Source of the DNA: Candidatus Nomurabacteria bacterium
Lineage (GTDB): Bacteria > Patescibacteriota > Minisyncoccia > Phycocordibacterales > SBAW01
Length of the DNA: 64,000 nt
NCBI GenBank assembly: GCA_943356495.1
Contig: CALRFF010000002.1
Coordinates: 165,875-229,874 of the forward strand
Reading direction: 5' to 3'
Shown: positions 9,871 through 18,751 of the stretch, one piece after another
Layout of the letters: each line of letters opens with the position of its first letter
How positions within the stretch are numbered: position 1 is the stretch's first letter
Program-made: the position numbers and the translations under genes
Notes under the pieces: model-generated
Told to the model about the DNA's origin: nothing
Database searches by the model: none
The model's input: the letters and a program-made list of their open reading frames with translations, nothing else

Positions 9871-10544
9871 GCCAACTCTTTAAGCGCTCGAATATCGTTG
9901 CTCCAACTCTCCCCGCTCCACCACTGGAGTGGGGAGAAGTTCGTTTTATAGAGCGCTTTCTCTCCGTATACGGTGCCAAGATAGTAATACTCCAGTCCGC
10001 GGTCTTTGGCGCCGCGGATAGCATCAAGCATGAGCCAAAGGCCAAGTGACTGTCGTGCATACGCTAGGTCATAAAAAGAAAACCAGTAATGCGCCATCTT
10101 ATCCTCTGCAACCTCTAGTACATAGGCAACCGTGCTACTGGAACTACTACGATATATCGTAGTAGTTGTGACACTTTTAAATACTTGTGCAAGACGCTCG
10201 CGCGGCATGGCGCGCTCACCGTGCTTTTGCGCAAAATAGGTTAAGCAAAAATCAACGGCGTCTTCCTTAGGTGGGCCGGACAATACCTCTTTGGTAAATT
10301 GCCCGTCAAACTTTTTAGCGATGCGACGATTTTCACTGGTTGGTTCAAATTTTGACAATACTACTCGGGCGCTCCGTGCAGAATAAAAAATATTATCGAC
10401 GCCAACAGCGCCGGAGTAGGGAAGATAGCCCCGCTCATATAATGATTCTAAAGAATCATCCCGTTCGCGCTCGCACCACATAGTCTCCGGTCGGGCTACG
10501 TAGATATCAAAGTCTTGCCGCGGTACCGCTGATAGTATTTTCAT
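9867..10544 (-). CDS. Putative arginyl/leucyl-tRNA--protein transferase-like (Ate/Bpt family) protein
   Basis: ARVVLSKFEPTSENRRIAKK matches the conserved R-x-x-F-x-x-S-x-x-RR segment of ATE_N. C-terminal YYLGTVYGEKALYK resembles ATE_C. Assignment from memory of family motifs. Confidence 0.4.
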   Translation of the reverse strand: MKILSAVPRQDFDIYVARPETMWCERERDDSLESLYERGYLPYSGAVGVDNIFYSARSARVVLSKFEPTSENRRIAKKFDGQFTKEVLSGPPKEDAVDFCLTYFAQKHGERAMPRERLAQVFKSVTTTTIYRSSSSSTVAYVLEVAEDKMAHYWFSFYDLAYARQSLGLWLMLDAIRGAKDRGLEYYYLGTVYGEKALYKTNFSPLQWWSGESWSNDIRALKELA

Positions 10545-11947
10545 TTAGGAAACTTTTCTTCGGCAAGTTTGGGGATCGCCTCGACGAGCCCGCCCATCGC
10601 GCCGGAGGAGGAGAGGAGGATACAGTCGTCGGCTGATAGGTCTTGCTTGATAAGCGCGAGCGCTTCGTCGGCGGTTGAGACACCTACGGCGTCGATACCG
10701 CTTTCGCGTACACGGGCAACTATGTCTTGCAGACTCAGCTCGGTCTCTTTGCCGTCGTGCGGCGGATTGAAAATATATACCTTTGCGGCACCGACAAATG
10801 CCATGTCGTACTGCTCAAGCGTGGCCCGCGAACGCCAGCCTATGGTGTTGGGCTCAAAGACAACCAACAGACGGCGGTCGGTGAAATGCTGGCGCATCGC
10901 GGCGACGGCGCTTTGCAGTTTTTCGAAACTCGAGCCAAAGCCTTCAAAAATAGGAATGGAGGTGCGTTCTGACTTGCGGTCGAGCCGGCGCACGATACCC
11001 TTAAAGCTCGCTACCCCTTTGGCAAACTGCTCGGGGCTCATGAGTTTAAGTGTAAAGACAAGCGCGGCAACACCCACGATATTCTGAATATTGTGTACGC
11101 CCAGCTGGGTCGTTTCGATAGATACTATTATTTTGTCGTTTTGCAAAATGTTGAAATGAGTTTTTTCGCCCCATACGATATTGGCGGTTGTATAGTCGCC
11201 CTCGTGAAGACCGTAGGTAACGACCGGGCGCGTGATGGTGCCCAAGAACTCTTTGCTGAGCGGTCCCTCAACACATACAACCATTGTCGCGCTTGCAGGC
11301 AAGAGTTTAGTAAGTTCATAAAAAGGTTTCAGATAATCGGCCGGCGTGGGGAAGATATTGAAATGGTCGTGCGCGAGCGGGGTCAACAGCAAGTGCGCCG
11401 GCTGCATGAGTAAAAATTTGGAGCGCGGGTCGGTGTTGCTGGCGGGGTACTCGTCGCCCTCAAGCACAAACAACGGGCCACTTTGCATACGGGCACTCGT
11501 TTTTGGGGAGATGGGTACTGCGCCGATAAAGTATGACGGCGCAAGGTCCGCTTGCTCGAGGCAATGTGCCAAGAGTGCTGTCGAAGTCGACTTGCCGTAG
11601 CTCCCCGCGACAACAATGTTTTCTTTGTCTTTGCTTACCTCGGCCAGCACCTCGGGGAAGGAGAGCACGAGCTTTTTTGATTCGAGCGCCGCAGCCACCT
11701 CGGCGTTGGTCTCGGGGATCAGTTTGGCGTTCTTGCCAATAACTATAAGGTCGACATCCGCCGGAATGTTTGTGGCGGCGTAGGGTGTTTTGTAAGCAAT
11801 ACCTTCGGCCTCGAGCATGGTCGAGATAGGCGGGTATACCGCCTCGTCAGAGCCGGAGATAGCAACGCCGGCATCGCGCAGGAGTTTGGCGGTGGCCGAC
11901 ATCCCTACGCCGCCGATGCCTATAAAATGGGCCTTTTTCCACTGCAT
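10541..11947 (-). CDS. murC: UDP-N-acetylmuramate--L-alanine ligase
   Basis: MQWKKAHFIGIGGVGMSATAKLL N-terminus and Mur ligase central/C-terminal regions (GSYGKSTSTALLAH, FEGFGSSFEKL). The listed ORF has a spurious 100-aa N-terminal extension. Confidence 0.8.
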   Translation of the reverse strand: MQWKKAHFIGIGGVGMSATAKLLRDAGVAISGSDEAVYPPISTMLEAEGIAYKTPYAATNIPADVDLIVIGKNAKLIPETNAEVAAALESKKLVLSFPEVLAEVSKDKENIVVAGSYGKSTSTALLAHCLEQADLAPSYFIGAVPISPKTSARMQSGPLFVLEGDEYPASNTDPRSKFLLMQPAHLLLTPLAHDHFNIFPTPADYLKPFYELTKLLPASATMVVCVEGPLSKEFLGTITRPVVTYGLHEGDYTTANIVWGEKTHFNILQNDKIIVSIETTQLGVHNIQNIVGVAALVFTLKLMSPEQFAKGVASFKGIVRRLDRKSERTSIPIFEGFGSSFEKLQSAVAAMRQHFTDRRLLVVFEPNTIGWRSRATLEQYDMAFVGAAKVYIFNPPHDGKETELSLQDIVARVRESGIDAVGVSTADEALALIKQDLSADDCILLSSSGAMGGLVEAIPKLAEEKFPK

Positions 11948-11996
11948 GGCACAACTGTAGCAAAGAAAAACCCTCCGCCAAAGGCGGAGGGGAAGC

Positions 11997-12860
11997 TTAG
12001 TGGCGCACAACCGCGACGAGGTACCTGCCGCCGCCGTTGCGGGTGGTCGGCAGCTCATCGCTGAGGTAGGCGTGCTCGAGCGAGATATTCTGCTCGGGCA
12101 CCCCGTGCTGCATGAACTGGAGTTTGGCGATGGTGGGGATGTCGAGCCAGACATCCTCAACTGACTTTTGCATCCCGCCCACGAGGCCGAGCGTCTCAAG
12201 GTGTGGGACCACGAGCCTGTTGTACACGTGATGCTTTTCGTCATCAAACCGGTGAACGAAGTTCTCCGGCTTGATCGAGTAGAGCACCCATGCCCGTATA
12301 TTACTCAGCACCGGCTCGCTGCCCTCGAATTCAAGAAACGCCTTAACGATGTTATCAACGACGCTTTCGAACGGCCTTGCATCGGGTTCGCCCAGCACGC
12401 GCTTACGATTGATAACGCAGTCGCGCCCCGCGTGAGCAAAGATAACGTAATCGCCGAGCACGGCGACGATGACGCTGCATCCGCTGGCACTGAAGATGCC
12501 GGCATCGCCCCTTTGCCGCAAAAACGTGCCGTCCGCCGGCATGTTGTTGTTACGGAACATCAACATGCCGGGCTCGAGCAGGAACACCTTGGAGAGTTCG
12601 ACAGGCTTGATGATCACCCCGTTGAAGTTCACCGGGTACGGTGCATAGGCGCGGTTGGCGCCCAAGTGCCGCATGGCGCTGCGTAGGCGTGCCGTAAGCA
12701 GGGGATGTTTACGGGCATCCTCCGGCTCTTTGAGCGGCCCGAGTGACAGTTCGTTGCCCGGGCCTTGAAAGCACGCCGCACTAAAGCGGACGCGCTTTGA
12801 CTCAAACGTATTGAAGACGAGCGGCACCAACGGCGCCGTTTCGTGGGTCATGGCGTCCAT
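11997..12860 (-). CDS. Hypothetical protein, possibly YfiH/PgeF (DUF152) family
   Basis: Start supported by a strong SD (AAGGAGG, 5-nt spacer) upstream of MDAMTHET. SGCSVIVAVLGDYVIFAHAGRD loosely resembles the TADCxP...aHAGWRG core. Confidence 0.3.
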   Translation of the reverse strand: MDAMTHETAPLVPLVFNTFESKRVRFSAACFQGPGNELSLGPLKEPEDARKHPLLTARLRSAMRHLGANRAYAPYPVNFNGVIIKPVELSKVFLLEPGMLMFRNNNMPADGTFLRQRGDAGIFSASGCSVIVAVLGDYVIFAHAGRDCVINRKRVLGEPDARPFESVVDNIVKAFLEFEGSEPVLSNIRAWVLYSIKPENFVHRFDDEKHHVYNRLVVPHLETLGLVGGMQKSVEDVWLDIPTIAKLQFMQHGVPEQNISLEHAYLSDELPTTRNGGGRYLVAVVRH

Positions 12861-12934
12861 GACGACCTCCTTATGTAAGAGCCTACTCTTTCCTTTATAT
12901 ACGATATTTTTTGTAAATGTGCTAGTGTAGCCGC

Positions 12935-13582
12935 ATGAACGGCAAACTTTCGGTCGTCGCAACACCCATCGGCAACCTAGAGGATATTACTCTGCGCGCG
13001 CTACGCACGTTTAAAGAGGCTGACTTTGTCGCTTGCGAGGACACCCGCACTACGCGCAAACTCCTCTCGCATTTTGACATCCATACGCCCGCAATCGCCG
13101 ACAGCAAGGTGCTCGGGCTTCTGGCGCAAGGTAAGCATGTCGCGCTGGTAAGCGACGCCGGTACGCCGGGGGTAAGCGACCCCGGCGGTGAGTTGGTAGC
13201 CAAAGCGCGCGAGCAGGGCGCGCAGATAGAAACTATCCCCGGCGCTTCGGCATTGCCCGCGGCGCTTGCTATTGCGGGCATACGCGTACCGTCATTTACG
13301 TTCTACGGATTTTTGCCGCAAAAGAAAGGCCGAGAAAGTTTGTTTAAAGAAATTGCCCAAACCAAGCGCGCCAGTATCTTTTACGAGTCGCCGCACCGGA
13401 TTATGAAAGCGTTGGAGTCGATGGCTAAAGCCATGCCCGAGCGCCGGGTGGGCCTGTACCGCGAGTTGACCAAGATATACGAAGAGGCGCTTATAGGCAC
13501 CGCGGCAGAACTCCATGACCTCTTAACCAACGACCCCCAAAAACAGCGGGGCGAGTTTGTTGTCATTGTAGAAGGGGAGTAA
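12935..13582 (+). CDS. rsmI: 16S rRNA (cytidine1402-2'-O)-methyltransferase
   Basis: LSVVATPIGNLEDITLRA, CEDTR, TPGVSDPG, FYESPHR - tetrapyrrole-methylase-fold RsmI signature. Confidence 0.9.
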   Translation: MNGKLSVVATPIGNLEDITLRALRTFKEADFVACEDTRTTRKLLSHFDIHTPAIADSKVLGLLAQGKHVALVSDAGTPGVSDPGGELVAKAREQGAQIETIPGASALPAALAIAGIRVPSFTFYGFLPQKKGRESLFKEIAQTKRASIFYESPHRIMKALESMAKAMPERRVGLYRELTKIYEEALIGTAAELHDLLTNDPQKQRGEFVVIVEGE

Positions 13583-13668
13583 CGCCTACACAGGCGATAA
13601 CGCCGTCGCTCCGCTCGGGAACAAAGCTGTGCTTTGACCCTCGCTACGCTAGGCGATAGACTAAAGTC

Positions 13669-13920
13669 ATGTCTAAAGAGATGACCATTATTGTCCTCGG
13701 TCTCTTTGTGGTCGTGGTGCCGTACCTCGGCATCCCCGGTGAGTGGCGCGTTATCTTACTGGTACTTTCCGGTCTTGGGCTCGCGGTCACCGGATTTCTC
13801 CTGCGCGGCGAGGCGCTTGCTCGCGGCGGACGCGCACATGCGCACAACTCTTTTGTCGAAAGCGAGCACACTCACTCTACACATGAGCATACCCACGAGG
13901 GCATCACGTCACTCAACTAA
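13669..13920 (+). CDS. Hypothetical small membrane protein (2 TM, His-rich C-terminus)
   Basis: Two hydrophobic helices then HAHNSFVESEHTHSTHEHTHEG. Overlaps the start of the next ORF in another frame, so only one of the two N-terminal models may be right. Confidence 0.3.
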   Translation: MSKEMTIIVLGLFVVVVPYLGIPGEWRVILLVLSGLGLAVTGFLLRGEALARGGRAHAHNSFVESEHTHSTHEHTHEGITSLN

Positions 13921-14995
13921 GCTTCTGTACGCGCTCCTTGCGTGTGTAGGCATCGGCGTACTTTGCGGCGTCTTTTTTTATTTGCCGAAAGTCGGTGCCG
14001 TATCCTACGGCTCCGGGTCGGCCACGCAAACAAAAAAACCGCCGAAGGTAGTGCCGCTTAATACGCTCGAGTACGACACGCGGCTGCTGGCACTTGCACA
14101 TGTGGCAACTTCAAGCCCGTGGCACGCCGCTTTTTTGCAGGGTACCACCAGCGCCTCAACCACCGAGCCCAAGCCCCTGTGGCCCGTGCGCAAAGCCTAC
14201 CCCAACGTCGGCGCGCTACTGCCGTTTAACCGTATTGTCGCGTACTACGGCAACTTTTACTCCAAACAAATGGGCGTGCTCGGCGAGTATCCGGAGGAGG
14301 TAGTGCTGCAAAAACTGCAGGCAGAAGTAGACGCGTGGGAGGCCGCTGATCCCACCACGCCGGTTGTGCCGGCTATCGAGTATATCGATGTCACCGCGCA
14401 GGGCAGCGCCGGTAAAGACGGCAAGTATCGCTTGCGCATGCCTGATACGCAAATAGACAAAGCTATCGCGATGGCCGCAACAATAAACGCCATTGTCATT
14501 CTCGACATCCAAGTCGGACTTTCCTCGGTCGAGGAGGAACTGCCGCTCTTAAAAGACTATCTTGCGCTGCCGCAGGTGCATTTGGCCATAGACCCGGAGT
14601 TTGATATGCAGGGCAACACGCCGCCCGGGCGTGTTATAGGCACCACCGACGCCGCGACCATCAACAATGCCGCGCAATACTTGGCCGCGTTGGTACGCGA
14701 GCATAACTTGCCGCCGAAGATTCTCCTCCTGCACCGTTTTACCGAAGATATGATTACGGGCTACAAGCAGATAACACCCTTGCCGGAGGTGCAGATAATC
14801 GTGCAGATGGACGGTTGGGGCTCGCCGCAACGCAAAATAGGCACCTACCGCCACGTGATATATCCCGAGCCGGTGCAGTTTACGGGGCTAAAAATATTTT
14901 ACAAAAACGACCTTAAAGAAATCCCGAGCCGCCTCTTAACGATGCAAGAAGTGCTCAACCTTACTCCTGCACCGAGCTTTATCCAGTATCAATAA
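13883..14995 (+). CDS. Hypothetical membrane-anchored/exported protein (possible polysaccharide-active hydrolase-like fold)
   Basis: N-terminal TM/signal anchor (LLYALLACVGIGVLCGVFFYL) after ATG 13883. An upstream in-frame ATG at about 13838 is also possible. No confident domain assignment. Confidence 0.4.
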   Translation: MSIPTRASRHSTKLLYALLACVGIGVLCGVFFYLPKVGAVSYGSGSATQTKKPPKVVPLNTLEYDTRLLALAHVATSSPWHAAFLQGTTSASTTEPKPLWPVRKAYPNVGALLPFNRIVAYYGNFYSKQMGVLGEYPEEVVLQKLQAEVDAWEAADPTTPVVPAIEYIDVTAQGSAGKDGKYRLRMPDTQIDKAIAMAATINAIVILDIQVGLSSVEEELPLLKDYLALPQVHLAIDPEFDMQGNTPPGRVIGTTDAATINNAAQYLAALVREHNLPPKILLLHRFTEDMITGYKQITPLPEVQIIVQMDGWGSPQRKIGTYRHVIYPEPVQFTGLKIFYKNDLKEIPSRLLTMQEVLNLTPAPSFIQYQ

Positions 14996-15007
14996 GGGCT
15001 TTACAGT

Positions 15008-15016
15008 TTGCTATAA
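15008..15016 (+). promoter_or_regulatory. TG-extended -10 element (TGCTATAAT) 11 nt upstream of GTG 15027
   Basis: Read directly from the sequence. The spacing implies a leaderless or near-leaderless transcript. Confidence 0.35.
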
Positions 15017-15026
15017 TTAACGGCAA

Positions 15027-16775
15027 GTGGAAGATCCTAATCAAATAACGTTTTTTGCGCAGACCAACTCGCGCGGGAGCGCTATGCCGTTCGGTATTAA
15101 GCGCAAGGACCGCGCCCGCCACATGTACGTCATCGGCAAAACGGGCATGGGCAAAAGCACCCTGCTGGAGAACATGGCCATACAGGACATCCGCAACGGC
15201 GAAGGTATTGCTTTTATCGACCCGCACGGCAGCACAGCAGACCGCATTATGGAGTATGTGCCGGCGCACCGCGTTAAAGACGTAGTGTACTTTGCGCCGT
15301 TTGACATGGAGCATCCGGTGGCCTTTAACGTGATGGAAGACGTCGGCTACGACAAGCGCCACTTGGTGGTCTCCGGCCTGCTCTCCGCGTTTCGCAAAAT
15401 CTGGGTAGACGCATGGAGCGCCCGCATGGAGTACATCCTTTCGAACACACTCCTTGCGCTTTTGGAGTACGAAGGCGCGACACTACTTGATGTTAACCGC
15501 ATGCTTATCAACAAAGCCTTCCGCAAAAAGGTAGTGGAAAATGTTAAAGACCCGATAGTAAAAAGTTTTTGGGTGGACGAGTTTGCCAACTACACCGACC
15601 GCTATACACAGGACGCGACGCCCGCCATACAAAACAAGGTCGGGCAATTTACCTCGAACCCTCTTATCCGCAACATCGTGGGGCAGCCCAAGTCGTCTTT
15701 TGACATACGCAAGTTGATGGACGAAAAGAAGATTCTTATCATGAACCTTTCCAAAGGCCGCGTGGGTGAGGTCAACGCGACACTCCTAGGCTCGATGCTG
15801 GTAACCAAAATTTATTTGGCGGCGATGTCTCGCGCCGATGTATCGCTGGAGGTAATGAACACGCTTCCGAACTTTTACTTTTATGTAGACGAGTTCCAAA
15901 ACTTTGCCAACGAAAGTTTTGCCGACATACTTTCCGAGGCGCGCAAATACAAACTCAACCTGCTTATTGCCCACCAGTACGTCGAGCAAATGGAGGAAGA
16001 GGTACGCGACGCGGTCTTCGGCAACGTGGGCACGACGGTGGCGTTTCGTGTCGGGCCGTTTGATGCCGAGGTGTTGGAAACAATTTTCAACCCGCAGTTT
16101 ACCGCGACCGATTTGGTTAATTTAGGTTTCGCCCAAATTTACTTAACGCTCATGATAGACGGTGTCGGCTCGCCACCTTTTAGCGCTACAACCTTACCTC
16201 CGTTTGACCTGCCGCCGGAGCGTTTTGTCGATCGCGTGCTCGAGTCCTCGCGCTCAACCTACGGTAAGCCGCGCGCCCAGGTAGAGCGTGATATAGACGA
16301 GTGGCACAAGGTAGACCCTGTCGTGCCCGACTTGTCTAAACCTAAAAAATCGTACACCGCTACTGTGCGCGCCACCGCGCCGCGCGTACAAACCGTACCC
16401 GTGCCGGTTGCCCCCGCACATCCCGTGCATCACCCGACGCCGGAATTGAAGAGGGAAGTAGAAATACTGCACAAAGCCGCCGCCGCTCCCGCAGTGCCCC
16501 GTAGCGAAGAGCCCCGCGGCCATAGCTCTTCGGGCGAGGCCCGCAGAACTCCGGCCCCGGCACCTCAACAGCAGCCGCAAAAGCCGCCGCTCGGAGGGGC
16601 TAAAAGTTTGCGCGAAGCGTTGGCGATGGCTACCGGTAAAAAAGCCGAGATACACGCCCCCGACCTTAAGCGCACGCTCGGTAAGGTAGCGCCCGAGGCA
16701 CATAAAACACCCGAGCTGAGCCAAGAAAAAATCCGCGAGATGCTCGCGGTAGAGCCGTTTGATGACGCTGCGTAA
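15027..16775 (+). CDS. TraD/VirD4-like (type IV coupling protein family) P-loop ATPase without an N-terminal TM anchor; Pro-rich disordered C-terminus
   Basis: Walker A YVIGKTGMGKST, hydrophobic Walker-B-like YFYVDEFQNF, and ARKYKLNLLIAHQYVEQM typical of the TrwB/TraD C-terminal motor region. Start is either GTG 15027 or ATG 15084. Confidence 0.55.
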   Translation: MEDPNQITFFAQTNSRGSAMPFGIKRKDRARHMYVIGKTGMGKSTLLENMAIQDIRNGEGIAFIDPHGSTADRIMEYVPAHRVKDVVYFAPFDMEHPVAFNVMEDVGYDKRHLVVSGLLSAFRKIWVDAWSARMEYILSNTLLALLEYEGATLLDVNRMLINKAFRKKVVENVKDPIVKSFWVDEFANYTDRYTQDATPAIQNKVGQFTSNPLIRNIVGQPKSSFDIRKLMDEKKILIMNLSKGRVGEVNATLLGSMLVTKIYLAAMSRADVSLEVMNTLPNFYFYVDEFQNFANESFADILSEARKYKLNLLIAHQYVEQMEEEVRDAVFGNVGTTVAFRVGPFDAEVLETIFNPQFTATDLVNLGFAQIYLTLMIDGVGSPPFSATTLPPFDLPPERFVDRVLESSRSTYGKPRAQVERDIDEWHKVDPVVPDLSKPKKSYTATVRATAPRVQTVPVPVAPAHPVHHPTPELKREVEILHKAAAAPAVPRSEEPRGHSSSGEARRTPAPAPQQQPQKPPLGGAKSLREALAMATGKKAEIHAPDLKRTLGKVAPEAHKTPELSQEKIREMLAVEPFDDAA

Positions 16776-17895
16776 ACATTTTTTACTTATATTCTTTTTT
16801 CTTTTACTCCTGCCTGCGCAGGCGCTTGCCGTTGATTTGGTAAATATTAATACCGCCGACTCGGCGACCCTGCAGACATTAAACGGCATTGGCCCCTCTA
16901 AAGCGCAGGCGATTATCGACTACCGTACGCAATACGGCCTGTTTGCGGCAATAGAGGATATCCAAAACGTCAGCGGCATAGGCACGGCCACATACAACGG
17001 CATTAAAGACTTTATTACGGTAAGCGCCGCCGTGCAGAACCAGCCTCAAACTCAAACCCAAACGCAGACCTCCACCCAAACGCAAGTACAAATAACCGGC
17101 AGTAATTCGCAACCGGCTATCGCCGCCTATATCACCACCGGCGCTAGTGCGCTGGCGGGCGCGGGTACGGTGTTTGACGGATCGGCCGTCGGCAGTAAAG
17201 GAGAGCCCCTTATCGCCAATGTGCGGTATATATGGAACTTCGGTGACGGTGTCGTTGCAGAAGGCGCGCACGCGCTGCACACCTATGCGTACCCGGGCAC
17301 GTACGGAGTACAGTTGTCCGTTGCGTACAACTACTCAAGCGCTACGGCACGACTCGACTTGTCCGTTGCTGTTGCGTCGGTCAAGTTGTTTGCCGAGGGC
17401 GACGGGTCGCTTACCGTTGCCAACACTTCAAACGGAGATCTTGATGTAGGGCTGTGGTCTTTGACGCAAGGCAACAACACCCCGTTTAGTATCCCTGCGC
17501 AGACCGTCGTACTTGCCGGCAAGGGTGTGCGCTTTGCGCCTCTTGTCATGGGGTTTGCGGGCGACACTGCCGCACTATTACGTTACCCAAATGGTGCGCT
17601 TGCCGCGAGTGCCACACCCAGTGCGCAGTCGCCGTTGCGCGGACAACAAGTCGAGATTCCGCAAAAACCTGCCACCGCAGCTGCGGTGGCAGCAAAAACG
17701 GCAGCATCAAAAGAACCAACCACAGCACAAGTTGCCGCAGCAGCACAAGCTCTCCCCGCGGCCGAGGGAGTCTTGTGGAGCTATTTAGTGGGGTTGTCGG
17801 CTATCATTGCGGTAGGGGCCGTTGGGGCCTACTATGCTCATAGGCCGTCAGGACCTGAAACTAGGGCCTTGGCCGAGGAGTTTGAGATTGAATAG
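16759..17895 (+). CDS. ComEA-like helix-hairpin-helix DNA-binding protein fused to a PKD domain with a C-terminal TM anchor
   Basis: Signal peptide, then INTADSATLQTLNGIGPSKAQAIIDYR (ComEA HhH), a TQ-repeat linker, a PKD-like IWNFGDGVVAEGAHALHTYAYPGTYGVQLSVAYN, and a C-terminal hydrophobic helix. Confidence 0.6.
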   Translation: MMTLRKHFLLIFFFLLLLPAQALAVDLVNINTADSATLQTLNGIGPSKAQAIIDYRTQYGLFAAIEDIQNVSGIGTATYNGIKDFITVSAAVQNQPQTQTQTQTSTQTQVQITGSNSQPAIAAYITTGASALAGAGTVFDGSAVGSKGEPLIANVRYIWNFGDGVVAEGAHALHTYAYPGTYGVQLSVAYNYSSATARLDLSVAVASVKLFAEGDGSLTVANTSNGDLDVGLWSLTQGNNTPFSIPAQTVVLAGKGVRFAPLVMGFAGDTAALLRYPNGALAASATPSAQSPLRGQQVEIPQKPATAAAVAAKTAASKEPTTAQVAAAAQALPAAEGVLWSYLVGLSAIIAVGAVGAYYAHRPSGPETRALAEEFEIE

Positions 17896-17899
17896 CCAT

Positions 17900-18751
17900 A
17901 TGGATAAGAAAACTATACTGGTCACCGGCGGCGCCGGATTTATCGGCTCGCACTTGTGTGAGCGTCTTGTCGCGCAAGGGCATAGGGTTATTTCACTTGA
18001 TAATTACTTCGCCGGCTCAAAAGACAATCATGTCGCGGGAGTAGAGTATCGTACGGGCCACACCAAAGACATCGAAACACTGGTCCCCGAGACACCGGAT
18101 GTGGTGTACCACTTAGGCGAGTACTCGCGCGTCGAAATTTCTTTAGAGGAGCCGGCGCTGGTGTGGGACTTAAACAAAGACGGCACGTTCGGCGTAGCGG
18201 AGTTTTGGCGCAAAAAAAAGTGCAAGCTGGTGTACGCGGGCTCAAGCACCAAGTTTGGCGACGGCGGGCTGGGGCGCGTACAAAGCCCTTACGCGTGGAC
18301 CAAAGCAAGCAACACCGAGTTGGTGCAGAATTACGGCCGGTGGTACTCCTTGCCGTACGCTATTACGTACTTTTATAACGTGTACGGTCCGCGCGAGCGC
18401 GCGGGCAAGTACGGTACGGTGATCGAGATATTTAGACAAAAAAAGATGCACGGCGAGCCACTGACCGTGGTTGCTCCGGGTACACAAAAGCGCAATTACA
18501 CGCATGTCGGCGATATTGTGGAAGGATTGCTGGCGGTGGGAGAGCGCGGCGAAGGCGACGAGTACGGACTCGGCGCCGAAGAGCAGTACTCGGTGCTCGA
18601 TGTGGCGCGGATGTTCGGCGGGGAAGTGACGATGCTGCCCGAGCGCGCCGGCAACCGTATGGACGCGACGCTCGATACCACCAAGTCGCAAGCGATAGGG
18701 TGGAGGCCTACACACAAGCTTGCAGATTACATACAAGCCGCTATTGCATGA
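17900..18751 (+). CDS. NAD-dependent nucleotide-sugar epimerase/dehydratase (UDP-glucuronate decarboxylase/UDP-glucose 4-epimerase-like)
   Basis: ILVTGGAGFIGSHLCERL Rossmann motif, YxxxK region. Start at MDKK. Confidence 0.75.
   Translation: MDKKTILVTGGAGFIGSHLCERLVAQGHRVISLDNYFAGSKDNHVAGVEYRTGHTKDIETLVPETPDVVYHLGEYSRVEISLEEPALVWDLNKDGTFGVAEFWRKKKCKLVYAGSSTKFGDGGLGRVQSPYAWTKASNTELVQNYGRWYSLPYAITYFYNVYGPRERAGKYGTVIEIFRQKKMHGEPLTVVAPGTQKRNYTHVGDIVEGLLAVGERGEGDEYGLGAEEQYSVLDVARMFGGEVTMLPERAGNRMDATLDTTKSQAIGWRPTHKLADYIQAAIA

Noticed and set aside
10569-12247. Plus-strand ORFs antisense to murC (10569-11087, 11093-11413, etc.) and the 100-aa N-terminal extension of murC (to 12247)
   Set aside because: The extension overlaps the downstream gene. 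The MurC N-terminal motif starts at MQWKK. Antisense ORFs show no domain signal.
12168-12686. 172-aa plus-strand ORF antisense to the 11997-12860 gene
   Set aside because: His/Arg-rich antisense translation. The minus-strand gene has a strong SD-supported start.
16254-16889. 211-aa minus-strand ORF opposite the 3' end of the TraD-like gene
   Set aside because: Arg-rich antisense frame mirroring the Pro/Ala-rich C-terminal tail of the sense gene, with no motif support.
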